From the NCBI GenBank assembly GCA_029974175.1, contig JARKSS010000007.1:1-39762 (forward strand): 39,762 nt of DNA, written 5' to 3'. Under the pieces are notes generated by a model. That model was given only the letters and a program-made list of their open reading frames with translations, was not told where the DNA came from and did no database searches. Below are positions 1 to 8,830 of the stretch, piece by piece (the stretch's first letter is position 1; every line of letters begins with the position of its first letter). A program made the translations under genes and the position numbers. Source of the DNA: Vicinamibacterales bacterium. GTDB taxonomy: Bacteria; Acidobacteriota; Vicinamibacteria; Vicinamibacterales; Fen-181.

Positions 1-387
1 GACGATCTCGCCCGTGACACGATCGATGAGGAAGGTGGTGGCCCCGAGCACCCGGTCGAGGTCAGGGCGGTTCAGGAAGCCGAGCGTGACACGGCCGTCG
101 TCGTCGAACGGCTCGGCCGAGGTGAACGCCACGAATTCGGCACCGACCGCCGAGCGCGCGGCCCCCTGCCACGAAGCGAAGGCCCGCCCGGCAGCCGCCC
201 GCAGGTCGTCAGGCGAAACGCCCGGCACACCCCGGTTGGTGATGTAGTAACGAACCGGCTGCGAGCTCCACTTCAACTCGACGATGCGGCCGTCCACCTG
301 GACGCCGTAGATCTGGTATCCCTCGAGCACCGCCGGGATGTGAACCGCAAGGAGCGCCGCGCACAGCAGCAGCGAGCTTCTTCTCAT
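1..387 (-). CDS. secreted protein whose N-terminal part resembles matrixin (peptidase M10)-family metalloproteases; the 3' end lies beyond the window start
   Basis: Absent from the ORF track because it has no stop in the window. The reverse complement of 1-387 reads open from ATG (387-385): MRRSSLLLCAALLAVHIPAVLEGYQIYGVQVDG...AAGRAFASWQGA...FLNRPDLDRVLGATTFLIDRVTGEIV. The N-terminus is signal-peptide-like. The AF.SW and LG.T...TGEI blocks are matrixin-like; any HExxH would be off-window. ATGA overlap with the stop of the upstream gene. Confidence 0.5.
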   Translation of the reverse strand, partial: MRRSSLLLCAALLAVHIPAVLEGYQIYGVQVDGRIVELKWSSQPVRYYITNRGVPGVSPDDLRAAAGRAFASWQGAARSAVGAEFVAFTSAEPFDDDGRVTLGFLNRPDLDRVLGATTFLIDRVTGEIV

Positions 388-989
388 CGAAGCCCCCTTC
401 CCGCAGCCGGGCGCCTCGGCGCGAGGTCGCGTCCCTCCCGCGGCCCGAGGACGGCCAGCACCTGGCGGGAGAACTCCTCGAGCGTCACCATCCGCCGTCC
501 GGGGTCGCCGCGCTGCACGCGCACGGCCTGCACACCGGCCCCGTGCCGCGGTGGCGGCATCACCATGGCCGCTCCGGTTCGAGGGTCACGCCGGACCCGA
601 TACACGCCCTGGCCCAGGCCCAGGAGGTACGGGAGCGAGGGCGCGCGCCCCCCGAGGAACACGACCACCTCCTGGCCCTCGCGGAACACCGGCGCGCCAA
701 CCATCACGCTGCGGTAACGCCCCAGCTCGCCGCCGGGAACGCGCAGGCTCACCTCACGAACGGGCTGCCCCTTCAGGACGGTTGCAACCTCCAGGGTGAC
801 GACCGTCTCGATGCTCCGCCGGCCGGCAGTCCACACCCCCTGCACGGCAACGACCCGGCCGTGGGCGATGACCACCGCTTCGCGCGCCAGCTCGCCGAGT
901 TCAGCCGGCACGAGCACGGCCGCGAGCGCCGGCGGCGCGGCCAGTACCGCCAACGTCGCCACCCCGGCGGCGATCCCAGCTTTGCGCAT
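384..989 (-). CDS. secreted hypothetical protein (201 aa)
   Basis: ORF 384..989. N-terminal signal peptide MRKAGIAAGVATLAVLAAPPALA. High GC3. No family recognised. Stop overlaps the start of the downstream matrixin-like gene (ATGA). Confidence 0.6.
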   Translation of the reverse strand: MRKAGIAAGVATLAVLAAPPALAAVLVPAELGELAREAVVIAHGRVVAVQGVWTAGRRSIETVVTLEVATVLKGQPVREVSLRVPGGELGRYRSVMVGAPVFREGQEVVVFLGGRAPSLPYLLGLGQGVYRVRRDPRTGAAMVMPPPRHGAGVQAVRVQRGDPGRRMVTLEEFSRQVLAVLGPREGRDLAPRRPAAGRGLR

Positions 990-1043
990 GGCAGCACTCT
1001 ACCATCCGGGCGAAAAGGTGGCACGAAAAAGCTGACGCCCGCC

Positions 1044-1124
1044 ATCCGAAGCCACGAGCGCAGCGAGCGCTTGAGCGAAGGCGCGCCATGCGAAGCCGCG
1101 AGCGCAGCGAGCGCTGGGCGAAGG
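1044..1124. repeat. imperfect tandem direct repeat, 38 nt + 37 nt, period 44
   Basis: 1044-1081 atccgaagccacgagcgcagcgagcgcttgagcgaagg. 1088-1124 atgcgaagccgcgagcgcagcgagcgctgggcgaagg. Confidence 0.85.
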
Positions 1125-1183
1125 ATGGGGTCTTTGCGCCGCCCGCCCTTTGTCCAGTAGGATCGGCCGGCGGAGGGGGAGAC

Positions 1184-3673
1184 ATGAAGCGAGCGGCGTG
1201 GCTGCTGGCAGGCATCATCTTCTTCACGGGAATCGTCGTGCTGGTTCCGAGGGCGCAGCGCGGAGCGCCGCCGCCCGCGCGCCCGGGAGCCCTTGGCGCC
1301 GGCGTCACCCTGCTGCCGAATGGATGGAAGATCGCCCCGGCCGGCGAGCACATGGCGGTTGGCGACCTGCCCCTCAACATGGTGATCGCCCCCGGCGGGC
1401 GGTTCTTGATCATCACCAACAACGGGTACGCCAAGCCGACCCTGACCGTCGTGGACCTGGAGAACCGGTTCGTGAAGGCGCGCGTGACGGTGGACCACGC
1501 CTGGCTGGGCCTCGCGTGGCATCCCGACGGCCGCCGGCTGTACTCCTCGGGCGCCGGGCAGAACACGGTGAACGAGTTCATCTGGGCCGACGACCGGTTG
1601 ACGCTGACCGGCTCGCACGTGCTCGGACGGCCCGAGCGGTATGCCGGTGCCGATTACCGCGAGAGCGCCGGCTTCATCGGCGGCGTGACCGTCGCCCCGG
1701 ACGGCAAGACACTCTACGCGGTCCACGTGCTGGGCACCGCGCTCTCGGCCGTCGATCTCGAGCGCAACCGGGTGCGGCAGACGATCACGCTGCCGGCCGA
1801 GCCCTACACCTGCCTCCTCTCCAGCGACGGGCAGACCCTGTTCGTCTCGTTGTGGGGCGGCGGGAAGGTGCTGCTGTTCGACCCCGCGACCCTTCAGCAG
1901 ACCGGCGAAATCGAGGTGGGCCAGCACCCGAACGCCATGCAGCTTTCGGCCGACGGCCGCCGCCTGTTCGTGGCGTGCGCGAACACGAACGCCGTCTGGG
2001 TGGTGGACCTTGCCGATCGGACGGCGCGCGAGCAGATCTCGGTGTCCCTTTATCCCAAGGCACCGGTGGGCAGCACGCCGAACGCGCTGGCGCTCTCACC
2101 CGACGGGAGGACGCTGCTGGTGGCGAACGCCGACAACAACACCGTTGCGGTGGTTGACGTCAGCGAGGCCGGCCGGAGCAAGGTCGAGGGCTTCATCCCG
2201 ACGGGCTGGTACCCGACGGGCGTCCAGTTCACCCCCGACGGGAAGCGGATTCTCGTGCTGAGCGGCAAGGGCCTGACGAGCATGGCCAACCCGCGCGGGC
2301 CGACCGGCGACTTCCAGTACTCGGGATCGATGCTGCAGGGGTCGCTCTCGATCCTGCCGACGCCCGACGCCCAGACCCTGGCCGCGATGACCAAGCAGGT
2401 CTACGAGCTGGTGCCGTACACCGAGGCGAACCGGCTCGCCCCGGCCGCGGCCCCGAAGGCGTCGCCGATCCCGGGACGGGTCGGCCAGCGCTCCCCCATC
2501 AAGTACGTCTTCTACGTCATCCGCGAGAACCGCACGTACGACCAGGTGCTCGGCGACATGCCGCGCGGCAACGGCGACCCGAACATCTGCCTGTTCGGCG
2601 AGAAGATCACCCCCAACGCGCACGCCCTGGCCGAGGAGTTCGTCCTCTTCGACAACTTCTACGTGGACGCCGAGGTCAGCATGGACGGCCACGCCTACTC
2701 CACCGCGGCGTACGCGACCGACGTCGTCGAGAAGATCTGGCCCACCAACTACGGGGGCCGCGGCGCCATCTACCTGAGCGAAGGCGGCTGGACGATGCGC
2801 GGCCCGTTCGGCAACTTCGCCGCGCCGCCTGAGGGATACATCTGGGACTTCGCCACGCGCGCCGGCATCTCGGTTCGCAGCTACGGCGAGTTCGCCGAGT
2901 GGAAGGAGCGGTGGGGACCGGTCGAGGCGACCGTTCCCGGGCTGAAGGGGAAGGTGCACCCGACCTACCCGCCCTACGACACGATGATCCCCGACAACAA
3001 GCGGGTGGACATCTGGCTGGAGGAGTTCCGGCAGTTCGAGGCCAACGGCCAGCTGCCGCGCCTGAACATCGTCCGGCTCGGGAACGACCACACCAACGGC
3101 ACGCGGCCCGACTCGCCCACGCCGAGGGCCATGGTCGCCGAGAACGACTATGCCGTGGGGCGCGTCGTGGAGGCGATCTCGAAGAGCCGCTACTGGAAGG
3201 AGTCGGCGATCTTCATCATCGAGGACGATGCGCAGAACGGGCCCGACCACGTGGACGCGCACCGCTCGGTGCTGCTGGTGGCCAGCCCGTTTGCGCGGCG
3301 CGGCGTGGTGGACTCGACCCTCTACACGACGTCGGGCGTGCTTCGCACGATGGAGCTGATCCTCGGCATCCCGCCGATGAGCCAGTACGACGCCGCGGCC
3401 ACACCGATGTACAACGCCTTCCAGGCGACGCCGGTGCTCACACCGTTCACGCTGCGGCCGGCGCAATACCCGTTCGACGAGATGAACGCCCCGAACGCGC
3501 CGGGCGCGCAGGCCTCGATCGAGATGAACCTCGAGGAGGCCGACATGGCTCCCGAGCTCGAGCTGAACGAGATCATCTGGAAGTCGGTGCACGGCGCCGA
3601 CGCGCGCATGCCGCCGCCGGTCCGCACCGGCTTCGTGAGGGCAATCCCGGAAGACGAAGACGACGAGAAGTAG
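1184..3673 (+). CDS. secreted fusion protein: N-terminal YVTN/lactonase-type beta-propeller plus C-terminal phosphoesterase (phospholipase C/acid phosphatase, PF04185-like) domain
   Basis: ORF 1088..3673. Preferred start is ATG 1184 (MKRAAWLLAGIIFFTGIVVL, TM/signal), preceded by GGAGGGGGA. Repeated 'SPDG..L.V.N...N.V.V.D' propeller blades. C-terminal motifs FYVIRENRTYDQVLGD, DNFYVDAEVSMDGH, GNDHTNG, IIEDDAQNGPDHVDAHRS. Confidence 0.8.
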   Translation: MKRAAWLLAGIIFFTGIVVLVPRAQRGAPPPARPGALGAGVTLLPNGWKIAPAGEHMAVGDLPLNMVIAPGGRFLIITNNGYAKPTLTVVDLENRFVKARVTVDHAWLGLAWHPDGRRLYSSGAGQNTVNEFIWADDRLTLTGSHVLGRPERYAGADYRESAGFIGGVTVAPDGKTLYAVHVLGTALSAVDLERNRVRQTITLPAEPYTCLLSSDGQTLFVSLWGGGKVLLFDPATLQQTGEIEVGQHPNAMQLSADGRRLFVACANTNAVWVVDLADRTAREQISVSLYPKAPVGSTPNALALSPDGRTLLVANADNNTVAVVDVSEAGRSKVEGFIPTGWYPTGVQFTPDGKRILVLSGKGLTSMANPRGPTGDFQYSGSMLQGSLSILPTPDAQTLAAMTKQVYELVPYTEANRLAPAAAPKASPIPGRVGQRSPIKYVFYVIRENRTYDQVLGDMPRGNGDPNICLFGEKITPNAHALAEEFVLFDNFYVDAEVSMDGHAYSTAAYATDVVEKIWPTNYGGRGAIYLSEGGWTMRGPFGNFAAPPEGYIWDFATRAGISVRSYGEFAEWKERWGPVEATVPGLKGKVHPTYPPYDTMIPDNKRVDIWLEEFRQFEANGQLPRLNIVRLGNDHTNGTRPDSPTPRAMVAENDYAVGRVVEAISKSRYWKESAIFIIEDDAQNGPDHVDAHRSVLLVASPFARRGVVDSTLYTTSGVLRTMELILGIPPMSQYDAAATPMYNAFQATPVLTPFTLRPAQYPFDEMNAPNAPGAQASIEMNLEEADMAPELELNEIIWKSVHGADARMPPPVRTGFVRAIPEDEDDEK

Positions 3674-3675
3674 CG

Positions 3676-3775
3676 GATTGAAAACGTAGAAGGGAAGCAG
3701 AAGGAAGGACGTGGACAAGGGCGGCACGAACCGCCCCTCTACGTTCTTCACTTCACATCTTGCATCTCAGCCTTT
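3676..3775. repeat. low-GC purine/pyrimidine-asymmetric hairpin element, diverged copy 1 of 3
   Basis: Purine-rich arm ACGTAGAAGGGAAGCAGAAGGAAGGA. Inner stem GGGCGG-cacgaa-CCGCCC. Pyrimidine-rich arm CCCTCTACGTTCTTCACTTCACATCTTGCATCTCAGCC. The 3' arm is colinear with copy 3 (TCTACATTGTTCATTCTTCATTCTCAATTGCATTCAGGC). Confidence 0.6.
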
Positions 3776-4905
3776 CGTGGTCGCCGGGCCAGTTCCAGCA
3801 CCACCTCCGCGGCCCGGCGGCTGGCCCCCGGTCCCCCAAGCTTCTCCTTGACCGTGCGCACGCCGCGGAGCGCGCGGTCTCTCGCCTCGCCGGCACGAAG
3901 CAGGCGAAGAGCCTCATCCGCCACCGCTGACGCCGTGAAGCCCTCCTGGATCAGCTCGGGCACGACCCGCTCACCCGCCACCAGGTTCACCATCGCAAAG
4001 GTATCGACGTGCACGAAACGGCGGCCGACCGCGTACGTCAGCGAGGAGACCCGGTACACCACCACCATCGGCCGCTCGTGGATGGCCGCCTGCACCGTGG
4101 CGGTCCCTGACGCCGTAATCACCAGGTCGCACGCCGCCAGCACATCGTCCGCACGCCCCTCGACAACCGAGACAGGGGTTCCCCCGCCGATCCCGAACAA
4201 CCTCGGATCGAGGCCGGGCGCTCGCGCCACGAGGTACTGCGCACGCGGCGCGGCGGCCGAGATCGCCGTGGTCGCCTCGAGCAGCGTCGGCAGGATGGCG
4301 CTCACTTCATTGGGGCGGCTGCCTGGCAGCAGCGCGACGACCGGCGCAGCGGGATCGAGGCCAACGCTCCTCAGGAAGGTCTCGCGTGCCTCGGTCGGAC
4401 GGGCAAGTTCAAGCAGCGGGTGGCCGACGAAGGTGGCCTCTGTTCCCGCCCTGCGGTAGATTTCCGGCTCGAAGGGGAAGATCACGAGGATGCGGTCGGC
4501 GATCGCCCGAAGCCGGCGCATCCGGCCGCTGCGCCAGGCCCACAGCTGCGGCGGGATGTAGTAGACGAGCGGGATGCCCAGCCGCCGGAGCGATGCCGCG
4601 AGCCTGAAGTTGAAGTCGGGGAAATCAATCGCCACGGCCACGTCGGGGCGAACCTCCCGGGCCACGCCGAGCAGGCGCCGGTACATCAACAGCGACCGCG
4701 GCAGCACCCTGACCGCTTCGGCAAGCCCCGTCACCGCCAGCCCGCGGAAATCGCCCACCAGCTCGCCTCCTGCCGCCTTGAACTGATCGCCCCCCAGCCC
4801 CAGCAGGCGCACGCCAGGGTCGAGCGAGCGGAGCGAGGCGGCAAGGGCCCCCGCATACAGGTCGCCCGACGGCTCGCCGCACGAGATGAGGACGGTGGCT
4901 GGCAC
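3748..4905 (-). CDS. lpxB: lipid-A-disaccharide synthase
   Basis: Within ORF 3748..5358. The homologous part starts at GTG 4905-4903 (VPATVLISCGEPSGDLYAGALA...), overlapping the TAG of the upstream M16 gene. The upstream 151 codons are Arg/Pro-rich junk. Confidence 0.9.
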   Translation of the reverse strand: MPATVLISCGEPSGDLYAGALAASLRSLDPGVRLLGLGGDQFKAAGGELVGDFRGLAVTGLAEAVRVLPRSLLMYRRLLGVAREVRPDVAVAIDFPDFNFRLAASLRRLGIPLVYYIPPQLWAWRSGRMRRLRAIADRILVIFPFEPEIYRRAGTEATFVGHPLLELARPTEARETFLRSVGLDPAAPVVALLPGSRPNEVSAILPTLLEATTAISAAAPRAQYLVARAPGLDPRLFGIGGGTPVSVVEGRADDVLAACDLVITASGTATVQAAIHERPMVVVYRVSSLTYAVGRRFVHVDTFAMVNLVAGERVVPELIQEGFTASAVADEALRLLRAGEARDRALRGVRTVKEKLGGPGASRRAAEVVLELARRPRKAEMQDVK

Positions 4906-6428
4906 TAGCGGGCCCTCCGGAGGTCGGCGGAAAGAACGTCCAGCGCGCCCGCTGGAATCACCTCGAACTTGGGGAATCCCACGCGTCCGAGCTGCGGAAC
5001 GATCTCCTCGGCCCGGCCCACCAGGACCATGGTGAGGCGGTCGGGCTGGAAGCGGAGCGACGCGCGCGCCATGTCTTCGAGTGACACGATGTTCACCCGC
5101 TGGCGGTAGGTCTCGATGTCGCGGAGCGGCAGCCCGTAGAACAGCGCGTTCAACACCTGCGTGGCAATCTGCTCGGGCGTCTCGATCGTCAGCGGGAAGT
5201 GCCCGGTCACGTAGGCCTTCGCGTTGGCGAGTTCGCGGTCGTTGACGCGCTCGCGCTTCAGCCGCGCGAACTCGTTCACCATCAGCCGCAGCGCCTCGCC
5301 GGTGGTTTCGGCGCGCGTGCTGGTCTGGGCCACGAACTGGCCGCTCTGCTGCAGGCACTCCATCTCGGCCGACGCCGAGTAGGTGAGACCCCGCTCGATG
5401 CGCAGCACACGGTGCAGCCGGTTGGCACCGGCGCCGCCGAGGATCTTGATCAGCAGGTCGATGGCGACGTGGTCGTCCACCTTCCGCGGAACGCCGATCT
5501 GGCCTACGCGGATCTCGGTCTGTGCCGCGTCGGGGCGATCGATCACCACGAGCCGCCGTGCCGGATCGGGCGGCCGGGCCGGTGAAGGAGGCGGCAGCTC
5601 GCGCCGGGCCCAGTCGCCGAACGCCGAGGTGACCTGGGCCATCACCTCTTCGACCTCCACGTCCCCAACGACGGCGAGCAGCGTGTTGTTCGGCGCGTAG
5701 TGCGCCGCGTGAAACGCAGCCAGGTCGTCGCGCGTCAGCGCCTGCACCGACGCCACCGTCCCGTTACCGGGGAGGCCGTACGGGTGGGCACCGTAGACAA
5801 GCCGGTCGAACACCAGGTCGGCCAGGTACGACGGATCCTCGTAAGCCACCTTGAGTCCCGACAGCACCTGCTGCCGCTGCCGTTCCAGCTCTTCGGGTGC
5901 AAACGAGGGGCGGCAGAGGACGTCGGCCAGCAGGCGCATGCCGAACGCCAAATCGCCCTTCATCACGACCGCGTTCACGAAGGAGAGATCGCGTCCGAGA
6001 CCGGTGGTAAGCGTGCCGCCCACCCCGTCGATCGCCTCGGCAAGCTGCTGCGCGCTCTGCCCGGCCGCGCCCTGGTCGAGCAGTGTCGAAACCATCGCCG
6101 CCACGCCGGGCCGCCCCGGCGGGTCGTTCGCGCTGCCCGCCCGGACGATGGCGCGAAGGCTCACGACAGGCTGCTCGCGGTGGACAACAACCACCACCTG
6201 CAGGCCGTTCGGGAGGGTCTTGACCTCGTAGGCCGGGAAGCGAACGTCGCGGGCGGCCAACGGGCGGGGGGGACGGCTCGAGGGCCACTTGGGGGCCTGG
6301 GACTGTGACGCTGACACAGACACGGCCGCGGGCGAGGATGCCTGTGCCACTGGCAGAGGCAAGGACGCCTGCGCCACTGGAAGGGCGAGCACGGCGAGCG
6401 CGCACAAAAGGGCGGAGGGCGCGATCAT
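4905..6428 (-). CDS. M16 (pitrilysin/insulinase) family peptidase-like protein lacking the HxxEH motif (probable non-catalytic partner subunit); secreted
   Basis: ORF 4905..6428. Signal peptide MIAPSALLCALAVLALPVAQA. M16 N- and C-domain-like sequence, but no HxxEH is seen. ATGA overlap with the upstream M16 gene. Confidence 0.82.
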   Translation of the reverse strand: MIAPSALLCALAVLALPVAQASLPLPVAQASSPAAVSVSASQSQAPKWPSSRPPRPLAARDVRFPAYEVKTLPNGLQVVVVVHREQPVVSLRAIVRAGSANDPPGRPGVAAMVSTLLDQGAAGQSAQQLAEAIDGVGGTLTTGLGRDLSFVNAVVMKGDLAFGMRLLADVLCRPSFAPEELERQRQQVLSGLKVAYEDPSYLADLVFDRLVYGAHPYGLPGNGTVASVQALTRDDLAAFHAAHYAPNNTLLAVVGDVEVEEVMAQVTSAFGDWARRELPPPSPARPPDPARRLVVIDRPDAAQTEIRVGQIGVPRKVDDHVAIDLLIKILGGAGANRLHRVLRIERGLTYSASAEMECLQQSGQFVAQTSTRAETTGEALRLMVNEFARLKRERVNDRELANAKAYVTGHFPLTIETPEQIATQVLNALFYGLPLRDIETYRQRVNIVSLEDMARASLRFQPDRLTMVLVGRAEEIVPQLGRVGFPKFEVIPAGALDVLSADLRRAR

Positions 6429-7771
6429 GACGGCGGCAGCACGCGCAGGATCAGGCGGTTGGCCGGCGTGAAGTAGGTCCGGGCGACGCGCTGCACATCG
6501 GCGGCGGTCGCCTCCATGAGCAGGTCGAACTCCCGGTCGGCGCTGGCGATGTCGCCGTGGATGACGGCGGCATGCGCCAGGTGCGTCGCCTTCTGCTGGT
6601 TCGACGCGCGCCCGACGATGTAATCGCGTGCGAGCTGGTTCCTGGCTCGCGCCAGCTCACCGTCGGAAACGGCCTCGGCGGCAAGCCGGTCCAGTTCGGC
6701 CACCAGCGCGCGCTCGGCCTCGTCCAGGTCGTGGCCGGGCTGCACGACGGCGACGGCGAAGAACAGGTTCGGGTCCTCGGCGATGTTCGCGGTCCCGAAC
6801 GCGGAAAGCGCGAGCTGCTTCTCGTACACGAGGCTGCGGAAGATGCGCGAGCTTTGCCCGTCCGACAGGATCTTAGCCGCCACCACCAGTGGGTACGAAT
6901 CGGCCTGGCCGTCCGCCGGGATGTGGTGCGCGACGACGATGACTGGCAGCGGCCAGTTCTCGTGCAGCGTCACCCGGCGAAGCCTGGCCTGGGGCGGCTC
7001 GACGGGCCGCTCGCGGGGGACCGGCCGTGGCGAACGCGGCACCGGCCCGAGGTGCCGGCGCGCCAGCGCAATCGCCTCGTCGGCCTCGAAGTCGCCAACC
7101 AGCACGAGCGTGGCGTTGTTCGGCACGTAGTACGTCCGGTAGAACTCGCGGACATCCTCGATCGAGGCGGCCTCGAGATCCTTCATGCTGCCGACCGTCG
7201 TGTGCCGGTACGGGTGCACCGCGAACGCGTGCTCGTAAATCAGCTCCGACAACCGGCCGTACGGCTGGTTCTCGACGCGCATCCGCCGCTCTTCCTTCAC
7301 CACCTCGCGTTCGCGCCGGAACGTCTCCTCGTCCACCTTGAGCGAGGCCATCCGGTCGGCCTCGAGCCAGAGCACCAGCGGCAGGTATCGGGCGGGCAGC
7401 GTCGACCAGAAGACCGTCACGTCCTCGGTCGTGTACGCGTTGCTCTCGCCCCCCACCGAGGCGAGGAGCGACGCGTGCATGTCGGGACGCACGTTCTTCG
7501 AGCCCTTGAACATCATGTGCTCGAACAGGTGCGCGAAACCGGTCCGTCCCGGACGCTCGTCCTTCGATCCGACGTGATACCAGAGCTGCGAGTGGACGAT
7601 CGGCGTGGAGTGATCCTCGAGCACGACCACCCTGAGGCCGTTCTCGAGCGTGACCTGCCTGGCGTCGAGCCGCGGAGGCCGGGGGGCGGCGTCGGCTGCG
7701 ACGACCGCCAGGGCGGCCAGCGCGAGGACCGCTGGCAGCCGCGAGGTGGCCTCGGTCGGGCGCAACCGCAT
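6425..7771 (-). CDS. M16 family zinc peptidase (active-type, HxxEH present); secreted
   Basis: ORF 6425..7771. GFAHLFEHMMFKGS contains the inverted zinc motif HLFEH. Signal-like N-terminus. Confidence 0.9.
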   Translation of the reverse strand: MRLRPTEATSRLPAVLALAALAVVAADAAPRPPRLDARQVTLENGLRVVVLEDHSTPIVHSQLWYHVGSKDERPGRTGFAHLFEHMMFKGSKNVRPDMHASLLASVGGESNAYTTEDVTVFWSTLPARYLPLVLWLEADRMASLKVDEETFRREREVVKEERRMRVENQPYGRLSELIYEHAFAVHPYRHTTVGSMKDLEAASIEDVREFYRTYYVPNNATLVLVGDFEADEAIALARRHLGPVPRSPRPVPRERPVEPPQARLRRVTLHENWPLPVIVVAHHIPADGQADSYPLVVAAKILSDGQSSRIFRSLVYEKQLALSAFGTANIAEDPNLFFAVAVVQPGHDLDEAERALVAELDRLAAEAVSDGELARARNQLARDYIVGRASNQQKATHLAHAAVIHGDIASADREFDLLMEATAADVQRVARTYFTPANRLILRVLPPS

Positions 7772-7780
7772 GACACCCTG

Positions 7781-8815
7781 CTACTTGGTGGAGGCGAGCT
7801 GCCGCTCGAGCGCCTCGAGGCGGGCCTCGAGATCCGAGATCGCCTTCTTCAGCTCGGGCAGGCGCTTGAAAATGGCCGATGCCTTGAGCCAGTCGCGGTT
7901 GGGGATCGCCGGGTACCCCGACACCAGGGTATTGGCCTCGACCGAGTTCGGGATCCCCGTCTGGGCCGTTGCAACCACGCCGTCGCCAATCTCGAGGTGT
8001 CCTGCCACGCCAACCTGCCCGGCCAGCACGACGCGGTCACCCACCGACGAACTGCCCGCGATGCCGACCTGCGCACAGAGCAGCGTGTCGCGCCCGACGC
8101 GCACGCCGTGGGCAATCTGCACGAGATTGTCGATCTTCGCCCCGGCACACACGCGCGTCTCCCCCACGGCCGGGCGGTCGATCGTCGTGTTGGCGCCGAT
8201 CTCCACGTCGTCTTCGATGACGACGAGACCCGGCTGCGGGATCTTCTCGTACGACCCGTCGGGCCGCTTGGCGAAGCCGAAGCCGTCGGCGCCGATCACG
8301 GCCCCGTTCTGCACGATGACACGCCGGCCGAGCACGACGCCCTCGCGGATCGACACGTGGGAGTACAGGAGGCAGTCGTCACCGATGGTGGCGCCGCGCC
8401 CGACCGCGACGTGCGAGAGGATGACGGTGCGGGCGCCGATCGTGGCCCCCGGTCCAATCCAGGCGAAGGGTCCGATCGACACCCCCGCGCCAAGAGTAGC
8501 CGTCGGGTCCACCTCGGCCAGGGGATGCACGCCGGGTTGGTGCGGCGGGGCGGGGTGCAGCAGCCCCACCGCGCGGCCGAAGGCGAGATAGGGGGTTTCG
8601 CTCCGCAACGCCGCGCACGGGGCGGGCGGCCCGTCGCGGGCGAGGATGACCGCCGAGGCACGCGTCGCCTGCAGCGCGTGGGTGTAGCGTGGGTTGGCGA
8701 GGAAGGTCAGGTCACCGGGCCTCGCATCGGCGATGCCGGCCACGCCCGTGATCTCCACCTCGCCGTCGCCGTCGAGGCGGCAGCCGAGGCGCTCGGCGAT
8801 TTCCCTGAGTTTCAA
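7781..8815 (-). CDS. lpxD: UDP-3-O-(3-hydroxyacyl)glucosamine N-acyltransferase
   Basis: ORF 7781..8815. [26 protein letters not shown]-domain, long left-handed beta-helix hexapeptide repeats, C-terminal coiled coil. Confidence 0.92.
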   Translation of the reverse strand: MKLREIAERLGCRLDGDGEVEITGVAGIADARPGDLTFLANPRYTHALQATRASAVILARDGPPAPCAALRSETPYLAFGRAVGLLHPAPPHQPGVHPLAEVDPTATLGAGVSIGPFAWIGPGATIGARTVILSHVAVGRGATIGDDCLLYSHVSIREGVVLGRRVIVQNGAVIGADGFGFAKRPDGSYEKIPQPGLVVIEDDVEIGANTTIDRPAVGETRVCAGAKIDNLVQIAHGVRVGRDTLLCAQVGIAGSSSVGDRVVLAGQVGVAGHLEIGDGVVATAQTGIPNSVEANTLVSGYPAIPNRDWLKASAIFKRLPELKKAISDLEARLEALERQLASTK

Positions 8816-8830
8816 GGCCGGGTGAGTATA

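Noticed and set aside
3690-3712. SRP (4.5S) RNA-like purine run GGAAGCAGAAGGAAGGA
   Set aside because: It resembles the GGAAGGAAGCAGCC core only superficially. The conserved GGUCC/symmetric-loop context and the long helix are absent. It is better explained as the purine-rich arm of the repeat element.
4906-5358. 151-codon N-terminal extension of lpxB, and the 50-codon extension of hsp20 (16399-16548)
   Set aside because: The extensions overlap the upstream gene or promoter, are Arg-rich, and precede the point where family homology begins. Internal starts with overlap coupling (lpxB) or an SD (hsp20) fit better.
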